64,000 nucleotides of DNA from Smithellaceae bacterium (GTDB taxonomy: Bacteria > Desulfobacterota > Syntrophia > Syntrophales > Smithellaceae). The stretch covers positions 448,001-512,000 of the forward strand of contig CAXXVL010000002.1 in NCBI GenBank assembly GCA_963667845.2, read 5' to 3'. Positions 57,375-64,000 of this stretch are shown here, piece by piece. The notes under the pieces were generated by a model. The model saw only the letters and a program-made list of their open reading frames with translations, did no database searches and was not told the DNA's origin. Each line of letters begins with the position of its first letter. The stretch's first letter is position 1. Both the position numbers and the translations under genes were made by a program.

Positions 57375-59195
57375 TTACTTCAGGATGACTTCCATCCTGC
57401 ATTGTTGGCAGTCAAATTCGAGGCGATAGGTGTGATGGGCGTCGCTTAGCGTGAGAGGCTCACGAATGCTGCGTTTCTGATGCTGCAATTTGGGGCAGAG
57501 GTCCAGTTGATGCCGGATGCAGTAGCGTGTAGTCATGACTGTCTTGCCGGCAATATCGGAGAGGGTTTCAAAAGCCGGCTCCGTGACGGTTGCGCCGTGG
57601 CGTTCATAGAAGCGCCGGGCCAGAGCATTCAGCACGTTGGCGTGAAAGTCGAGACGCTTTTCCGGATAGGGAAAATCGTTTTGCACAATTTGCTTCTCCC
57701 GGCGGGGATAAGCTTCGAGCCTGACTCGGGTCAGCGCTTCCAGGATATCCCGCCGGATGCCGTTGAGCGTACTTGCAGGAAGGAAGCCCGGCTCGCGGGG
57801 CGCAATCGTCAATCCGCTGACCCGGTATGGCGTGTTGCCGGTGCTGGTCAGTTGCTTCTCAATTTGACCTCTGGCTTTAACGGGGTCACGCGATGGCGAA
57901 AGTGAAACCTCTTTCACCCGAGCGGCCCGGTTGCCGTCTTCGTCTGTCACCGTAAGCCTGATGAACCTGTCCTCCTGCGCGAAATCCAGGCTGACGGCAA
58001 TGCGGCGGCTGGCCGACGGCTTCTTCAGAATGCGGGCAAGGGCCGCGTCAAAGTTGCGGTACAGGAGCTTGCCGATCGCCAGCCCCGCCATGCTGTTGGG
58101 GTAGATCCGGCCCTTCTCTATCCGGTTGACGCGGAATCCGGCCAAATCATTTTCCTTCGTGAAGAAGCAGAGCCCGTCACCGTTTTGCAGATCGGGCCTG
58201 TCAATCTGGAAATAATTTTCTCCCACGGCAGTAATTTTCCCCAGGCGCTGGCCAATGGATTTTTGCGTGTCGACGGAGGCGATTTTTTCGGGCTTGCCGG
58301 AAAGAAAATATTGGATATAACCGCGGTTGAAGGTCCTGTCGACATCGGGCCCGAAAGTGAACGTGCTTGTGCCGGAGCTGCTCCTCCGATAACCGGGATG
58401 CGCGCTGATAAAGCAGTCGATCGCCTGACGATAGGCAGCCGTGACATTTTTCACGTAGTCGATCCCCTTATACCGCCCTTCGATTTTGAAGGAACTGACG
58501 CCTGAGGCAATCAAATCCGGAATGGCCTCCATCCGGTTCATATCTTTGAGCGACAGGAGATATTTGTTTTGCGAGATGATGCTGCCGTCGCCATCCGTCA
58601 GCATGTAATGAGACCGGCAGGGCTGGGCACAGACGCCGCGGTTGCCGCTGCGGTTTGCTACGGCCTGGCTCATATAGCATTGTCCGCTGTAGGAAACACA
58701 AAGCGAACCGTGCACAAAAGCTTCCAGCTCTATTTTCGTCTGCCGGCGAATGTCCGCAATCTCGGCAAGCGAAAGCTCCCTCGCCAGGATCACCCGCTGA
58801 AAGCCCGCGGCCTCAAGAAACCGGACTCTTTCCGGCGTGCAGTTGTGCATCTGAGTGCTGGCAATGAGCGGAATCGGCGGGAGGTCGAGTTCCAGCAAAC
58901 CCACATCCTGGATGATCAGGCCGTCGGCGCCCAGCCGATAAATCTCCCGGATGATATCCAGCGACTCGGCGATTTCACCGTCTGTCAGGATGGTATTGAG
59001 CGCTACGTAGACTTTGGCATAATAGAGGTGCGCATGCCCAATAAGGCGGGCCATGTCGGCGACGCTCACCCCTGCCGCGGCGCGGGCGGAAAATTTCGGG
59101 GCGCCGATATACACGGCATCCGCGCCATGATCGATGGCAGCCATCCCGATATCGGCATCGCCCGCGGGGGCCAGCAATTCCAGCGGCGTGACCAT
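57375..59195 (-). CDS. U32-family protein with DUF3656 (RlhA-like rRNA hydroxylase)
   Basis: ELLAPAG, HGSLCVSYSGQC, NRGVCAQPCR, FKIEGR, C-terminal MTTRYC. Confidence 0.9.
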   Translation of the reverse strand: MVTPLELLAPAGDADIGMAAIDHGADAVYIGAPKFSARAAAGVSVADMARLIGHAHLYYAKVYVALNTILTDGEIAESLDIIREIYRLGADGLIIQDVGLLELDLPPIPLIASTQMHNCTPERVRFLEAAGFQRVILARELSLAEIADIRRQTKIELEAFVHGSLCVSYSGQCYMSQAVANRSGNRGVCAQPCRSHYMLTDGDGSIISQNKYLLSLKDMNRMEAIPDLIASGVSSFKIEGRYKGIDYVKNVTAAYRQAIDCFISAHPGYRRSSSGTSTFTFGPDVDRTFNRGYIQYFLSGKPEKIASVDTQKSIGQRLGKITAVGENYFQIDRPDLQNGDGLCFFTKENDLAGFRVNRIEKGRIYPNSMAGLAIGKLLYRNFDAALARILKKPSASRRIAVSLDFAQEDRFIRLTVTDEDGNRAARVKEVSLSPSRDPVKARGQIEKQLTSTGNTPYRVSGLTIAPREPGFLPASTLNGIRRDILEALTRVRLEAYPRREKQIVQNDFPYPEKRLDFHANVLNALARRFYERHGATVTEPAFETLSDIAGKTVMTTRYCIRHQLDLCPKLQHQKRSIREPLTLSDAHHTYRLEFDCQQCRMEVILK

Positions 59196-59222
59196 TTACA
59201 TACTCCTCAAAAGCATAAGCGG

Positions 59223-59294
59223 GTCATTGCAGGCAGCGCGAAGCAATCTCATCATTTCGAATTGCCGCGCCGACTGACGTCTGTCCGCAATGGC
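59223..59294. repeat. GTCATTGC...GCAATG(G)C palindromic repeat
   Basis: GTCATTGC..GAAGCAATCT..ATTGCCGCG..GCAATGGC; same style as 50651-50795. Confidence 0.65.
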
Positions 59295-59337
59295 AAATGT
59301 ATTTTTTCATAATTAACGCTGATGCGCAACACCGAAG

Positions 59338-59787
59338 TCAATCGCTTCCGGAAGAGCCGGCAGTTGCGCGGGCTGTCTTTTGAAGAAATTCTTCGATAAT
59401 GGCTTTGGCTTCATCCACGGTTGCATAGGCGGCTGTCTGAATCCCGGGGCTTCCGGCAATCATGGCGGACAGGAACCGGCCGGGCACTATTCGGTAAAGG
59501 CATAGGACGGGCTTCGCAAGCACTGTGGCCCAGGCCAGTTCATAACCCACTCCCAGTGAAGGCGTCGTTACTTCGGCCACCACGCAGTCGCACGACTTAA
59601 GCCAGGCCATGTCCCGGTCGTGGATGAACCGATCGCCCGGACCGTCGTCGCCTTTGACCGAGAGCGTGCGGTTGCCGACATGCTCGGTCAACACGTCCCC
59701 GAAAGAGCGCAACCACGCAATCATTGCTTCGTAGAGCGCGGCGTCCTCGCGTCCCGCACGGATCGATCCGGCAAAATAGATTTTCAT
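59338..59787 (-). CDS. Nucleoside 2-deoxyribosyltransferase / DNPH1-like N-glycosidase
   Basis: IYFAGSIRAGR, VLTEH, VVAEVTTPSLGVGYE, SAMIAG. Confidence 0.9.
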   Translation of the reverse strand: MKIYFAGSIRAGREDAALYEAMIAWLRSFGDVLTEHVGNRTLSVKGDDGPGDRFIHDRDMAWLKSCDCVVAEVTTPSLGVGYELAWATVLAKPVLCLYRIVPGRFLSAMIAGSPGIQTAAYATVDEAKAIIEEFLQKTARATAGSSGSD

Positions 59788-59841
59788 GGAGTCCTCATGC
59801 TTCACCAAGGAGAAATGGCGAGACCCTGTTCATTCGATGGG

Positions 59842-61326
59842 TCACCATTTTTTCTTCTTTATCAATCCTGCCAACGGCAGAGCTATCATGACCACGCAAA
59901 CGATCAGCGCTACGAGCGCGATGGGGCGTTCCACAAAAATGGAAAAATCTCCCTGCGACATGAGCAGTGAACGACGCAGATTGACCTCGAACATGGGTCC
60001 GAGCACAAAACCCAGAATCAGTGGTGCTGCTTCGTAGTCGAATTTTTTCAGCAGATAACCCATCACGCCGAAAAGAACCATCACGCCGACATCAAAAACG
60101 CTGTTGTTGATACTGAACGCACCAACCAGACAAAAAAGGATAATGAGCGGATAGAGAACCTTGTCCGGAATCCGCAGAATCTGCACCCACAAAGGAATGA
60201 GAGGAAGATTCAAAATCAGCAGGATGACGTTGCCCAGATACATGCTGGCCAGCACTCCCCAGAATATTTCCGGATGCTGCGTGATCATCATGGGGCCCGG
60301 CGTTACACCGTGGACGAGAAATGCGCCGAACAATACGGCCAGCACGACATTGGGCGGGATCCCCAGGGTCATAAGCGGGATGAAAGACGTAGATGCGGCA
60401 GCGTTGTTGGCGGATTCCGGCGCCGCCACGCCTTCAATTGCTCCCTTTCCGAATTGCTCCGGATGTTTCGACACTCTCTTTTCGACGCCATAGGAAATAA
60501 AGGTGGAGAGCACGGGACCGCCGCCCGGTAAAATACCCAGGAAAAAACCAATCAAGGTGCCGCGCACAATCGCCCATTTGGCCCGGAGCCACTGGCTCTT
60601 GTCCGGAAACATATTTTTGATTTTGACGTCAAGAATTTTAGCCGATGCATGCTTTTCGAGATTGCCCAGCACTTCAGCCAGTCCAAACAAGCCGATGGCC
60701 ACCGGCGCTACGCCCAGTCCTTCGAATAAATTAATATTGCCGAATGTGAACCGCTGCTGTGACGTGATGGGATCAAGTCCGATCAGGCTAAGCGTGATGC
60801 CGGAAAGCGCCATCAGCAGCGCCTTGATCATCGACTTTCCGGCAAGATACACGATAAACGTAAAACCGAGCAGAATAATCGCGAAGTATTCCGGCGGACC
60901 GAATTTCAAGGCCAGATTGGAAAGCGGCCCGGCAATCAGCTGCAATCCGATCAGTCCCACCGTACCGGCGATAAACGATCCGAAGACGGCAATGCCCAGG
61001 GCCGCCCCCGCCTGTCCATTTTGTGCCATCGCGTAGCCGTCCAGACAGGTGATGACGGACGCCGTTTCTCCCGGCACATTGATCAAAATGGAGGTGGTCG
61101 ATCCGCCATACATGGCGCCGTTGTATATTCCCGCGAGCATAATGATCGCGCTCGCGGTCGGCAGCTGAAACGTCAACGGCAGTAAAATGGATATCGCGCC
61201 GACCGGACCGATCCCGGGAAGAACACCGACCAGTGTTCCCAGGAGGCAGCCGGCAAACATAAGCAATAGGTTATGAAATTCGAAGGCAACAGACAGTCCA
61301 TAGAATAAGCCGTTTAACGCGTCCAA
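59842..61326 (-). CDS. tctA: Tripartite tricarboxylate transporter large permease
   Basis: GVLPGIG, INVPG, APESANNA, TLGIP. Confidence 0.94.
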   Translation of the reverse strand: MDALNGLFYGLSVAFEFHNLLLMFAGCLLGTLVGVLPGIGPVGAISILLPLTFQLPTASAIIMLAGIYNGAMYGGSTTSILINVPGETASVITCLDGYAMAQNGQAGAALGIAVFGSFIAGTVGLIGLQLIAGPLSNLALKFGPPEYFAIILLGFTFIVYLAGKSMIKALLMALSGITLSLIGLDPITSQQRFTFGNINLFEGLGVAPVAIGLFGLAEVLGNLEKHASAKILDVKIKNMFPDKSQWLRAKWAIVRGTLIGFFLGILPGGGPVLSTFISYGVEKRVSKHPEQFGKGAIEGVAAPESANNAAASTSFIPLMTLGIPPNVVLAVLFGAFLVHGVTPGPMMITQHPEIFWGVLASMYLGNVILLILNLPLIPLWVQILRIPDKVLYPLIILFCLVGAFSINNSVFDVGVMVLFGVMGYLLKKFDYEAAPLILGFVLGPMFEVNLRRSLLMSQGDFSIFVERPIALVALIVCVVMIALPLAGLIKKKKW

Positions 61327-61354
61327 ATCATATGACTCCGTTTACAAAAAAAGA

Positions 61355-61834
61355 TTAAAAACTCCAGATGCCTTTTGGCAGCGGCGTTTTAAGGATCAAA
61401 GAAAACAAACCATAACTGAGGCCGACCGCCAGCACAGCGCCGACAACAGCCCTCCAGGCTTTCATGGAAGTCAGGCGAAACAAAACAATCATCAAAACAC
61501 TGGTGGCAATCAGATAACCGGCCCGGGGCAGCAGGAAGATATACACGACTAGAAATGCCGCAGCCAGAACGCTTTTTTGCCAGTGGAGCTTATGCCACAA
61601 ATCCGCCCAGCGCACCTTGATCGATCTGTCTTGATAAGCCATGCCGAAGAGGATCAGGCTGAAGGCAAGCATAAGCAGGCTGATCCAGAAGGGCATAAAA
61701 CCGGACTGGGGATTGCTCGCAGAACCGATCCCCAGGCCCAGCGATGCCATCAGGACAAGAGCCGCCAGCAGAAAAAGAATCAGGCTGCTGATCATGTTGC
61801 GTTGGTCCACTTTGCATATTCCTTGGGCCGTCAT
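61355..61834 (-). CDS. tctB: Tripartite tricarboxylate transporter small permease
   Basis: Four TM helices, GFMP, C-terminal PLPKG; lies between tctC and tctA. Confidence 0.88.
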   Translation of the reverse strand: MTAQGICKVDQRNMISSLILFLLAALVLMASLGLGIGSASNPQSGFMPFWISLLMLAFSLILFGMAYQDRSIKVRWADLWHKLHWQKSVLAAAFLVVYIFLLPRAGYLIATSVLMIVLFRLTSMKAWRAVVGAVLAVGLSYGLFSLILKTPLPKGIWSF

Positions 61835-61845
61835 GCCCCGCGAGA

Positions 61846-62838
61846 TTATTCCGGCAGGGTTGCCGCTTCTTTGATGGCGCCGGTTGCTTTTAAATGTTTG
61901 TTAATGACTTTCCAGTGGTATCTCAAAAATGCATCAAACGCTTTGCTGTCATAATAGACAGGGATCATGTTGATTTTATCGAGCGCAGCAAGATACTCCT
62001 TATTTTTTGCGGCCGCCGCGAAAGCCTCCCCGAGCTTTTTGGCGATGGCGGGATCGATATCGGAGGGGGCGACAATGGCAAAGACCGCGTCATTGGCAAA
62101 ATTGTAGCCCAGTTCTTTCAGTGTGGGTACGTCTGGAAATTTCGGCGACCTTTTCTCGCTGATAACGGCAAGCAGTCTGGTCTGGCCCGCTTTAACGGAC
62201 GGGACGAGCTCCGAAGTGAGGGAGGCAAACTCCACATGACCGCCCATCACCGCTGTCAGCGCCTCCATGCTTCCTTTATACGGAACGTGGGTGATCTGCA
62301 ATTTGGCTTTGCCGGCAATTTCTTCCACCGCAGCATGCGTGGTGCTGCCTACACCGGTCGTTGCATATTTGATTTTGCCCGGATGTTTCGCGGCATCCGC
62401 CACCAGGTCTTTGAGCGTCTTCCAGGGCGCGTCGTTTTTGACAACGATACCCAACTGCGGTTCCGTAAAACCGATAATGGGACGGAAACTCGCGAAAGCT
62501 TTGAACGGCACCTGCTGCTGCTGACTCACGCGGATTAAAACCGAGCTGGGCGTGCCGCAGAGCGTGTACCCGTCATGATTCTGGGAAAGCAGGGCGGCAA
62601 GCGCCACCGTCCCAGTTCCGCCGGGTTTGTTTTCGATCAGGACAGGCTGTCCCAGAATTTTCTCCGCCGATCTGGCCAGCGCGCGGGCACTCAAATCCAT
62701 GCTCCCGCCCGGGGCAAATCCAACCAGGATGGTAACGGGCCGGTCGGGATAAGCCGCGCAGGCCCCGACCGCTCCCATAAAAGAAATAATGGCGAAAAAC
62801 GCGGCCGCCGCCACGATAAACCAACTGCTTTTTTTCAT
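61846..62838 (-). CDS. tctC: Tripartite tricarboxylate transporter substrate-binding protein
   Basis: YPDRPVTILVGFAPGGSMD, ENKPGG, HVPYKG, PDVPTLKELG. Confidence 0.93.
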   Translation of the reverse strand: MKKSSWFIVAAAAFFAIISFMGAVGACAAYPDRPVTILVGFAPGGSMDLSARALARSAEKILGQPVLIENKPGGTGTVALAALLSQNHDGYTLCGTPSSVLIRVSQQQQVPFKAFASFRPIIGFTEPQLGIVVKNDAPWKTLKDLVADAAKHPGKIKYATTGVGSTTHAAVEEIAGKAKLQITHVPYKGSMEALTAVMGGHVEFASLTSELVPSVKAGQTRLLAVISEKRSPKFPDVPTLKELGYNFANDAVFAIVAPSDIDPAIAKKLGEAFAAAAKNKEYLAALDKINMIPVYYDSKAFDAFLRYHWKVINKHLKATGAIKEAATLPE

Positions 62839-62982
62839 TGAATTATCTCCCCAATAGAAATGTTTGTGCGGCCGGAAGTATAGGAATCTTCGGGGATTAA
62901 GTCAATTATTTTATCTGTGGCCCGGGTTGGTTAAACGACCCTTTATTTATTTGCTTGACAAGGAACCGGCAAACACTCTATG

Positions 62983-63005
62983 ACATTAAACCTCAACTTT
63001 AATGT
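62983..63005. promoter_or_regulatory. Inverted repeat, putative operator
   Basis: ACATTAAA-N7-TTTAATGT just downstream of TTGACA (62955) ... TATGAC. Confidence 0.5.
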
Positions 63006-63745
63006 TTGGACGACGGATGAAACTCAAAATCGGTGAAATTGCCAGGCGCAGCGGGGTCCGACCTTCGACGATCCGTTATTACGTGGGGGAGGGACTCCTG
63101 CCCAGGCCCGAAAAAACCAACGAAAAGATGGCCTATTATGACGAAGTTTGCATCGATAAACTGCGCGCCATCCAGGAACTTAAAGAAAAACGCTACTTTC
63201 CGCTCTATCTCATCAAAAATATTCTGCGGCGCATGGACGAAGGCCTCAGTCTGCCGGAAGCCGAGATGGTGGAAAATGCCGTTTTCAGTTCCAAGGACAG
63301 CATCGGCCGCGGCCTGATTACCCGGCAGGCCTTTCTGGAGACGACCGGTATGACGGAGAAAGAACTGAAAAAGGCGGAAAGATTGGGCATCTTGATACCC
63401 TACACGACCGGTGCAGATGAACCGCTCTATAACGATGACGATATCCGTGTAGGACGTGACGGCATCAAACAACTTTCCCGATTGGGTGCGGACCTCGGCG
63501 AACTGTCGTTCATGGTGGAACAGGGCAAAAAAATCGTGGAGAAAGAAATGGTGTTTCGGCATAAAATCGTAGCCGGAAAATCCACCCGCGAAAACATTCT
63601 CATCACGTCGGAACTTACACGCATCGGCAATTTTTATCGTGATTATATCCTGCGACGCCTGTTCCAGAAACAGGTGGAACAAAATATCCAGAAAAGTCTG
63701 AAAAAATCAAAAACCAAAGCCGTGAGTATTCGACGGCAAAAATGA
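63002..63745 (+). CDS. MerR-family transcriptional regulator
   Basis: KIGEIARRSGVRPSTIRYYVGEGLLP; start may be 63017. Confidence 0.9.
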   Translation: MFGRRMKLKIGEIARRSGVRPSTIRYYVGEGLLPRPEKTNEKMAYYDEVCIDKLRAIQELKEKRYFPLYLIKNILRRMDEGLSLPEAEMVENAVFSSKDSIGRGLITRQAFLETTGMTEKELKKAERLGILIPYTTGADEPLYNDDDIRVGRDGIKQLSRLGADLGELSFMVEQGKKIVEKEMVFRHKIVAGKSTRENILITSELTRIGNFYRDYILRRLFQKQVEQNIQKSLKKSKTKAVSIRRQK

Positions 63746-63761
63746 ACCTGAGGAGGCATTT

Positions 63762-64000
63762 ATGTTTAAGACAGCGATTACGGAAATGTTCGGCGTGAAA
63801 TACCCGATTATCTGCGGAGCGATGATGTGGCTTTGCAAACCGAACCTGTGCGCGGCCGTTTCCAACGCCGGCGGCATCGGCAACCTGACCGCGGCTAATT
63901 ATGAAACGGCGGACGACTTTCGTGCGGCGATCCGCGAAACCCGCAAACTGACCGACAAGCCTTTTTTTGTTGCAATCACCCTTTTGCCGTCAATGCGGAT
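63762..64000 (+). CDS. Nitronate monooxygenase/FabK-like flavin oxidoreductase (3'-truncated)
   Basis: RBS AGGAGG; MFKTAITEMFGVKYPIICGAM...AAVSNAGGIG...TRKLTDKPF. Confidence 0.88.
   Translation, partial: MFKTAITEMFGVKYPIICGAMMWLCKPNLCAAVSNAGGIGNLTAANYETADDFRAAIRETRKLTDKPFFVAITLLPSMR

Overview
Mostly chromosomal housekeeping DNA from a moderately GC-rich anaerobe. Gene content (many PAS kinases, a sigma54 ZraSRP-like locus, several acyl-CoA ligases, a Tct transporter) suggests a Syntrophales/Smithella-like Desulfobacterota, which is inference only. It carries acs, an MrfA/MrfB-like helicase-exonuclease pair, a ZraS/R/P-like system followed by a two-permease ABC exporter, the leuACDB and trpEGDCFBA operons, bioDFA/bioB, htpX, rmuC, an RlhA-like U32 protein and tctCBA. 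I saw no transposase, integrase, reverse transcriptase, CRISPR array, tRNA or rRNA. The most interesting signals are non-coding: (1) a strongly structured candidate RNA plus repeated motifs in the long acs leader; (2) a trp attenuator with a WWWW leader and two tandem terminators whose arms can cross-pair as a relay; (3) short hairpin modules nested inside one another and inside REP-like palindromes, with filled and empty sites both visible; (4) a decayed second copy of the mrfB 3' end. All pairings and alignments were done by eye and need computational confirmation.
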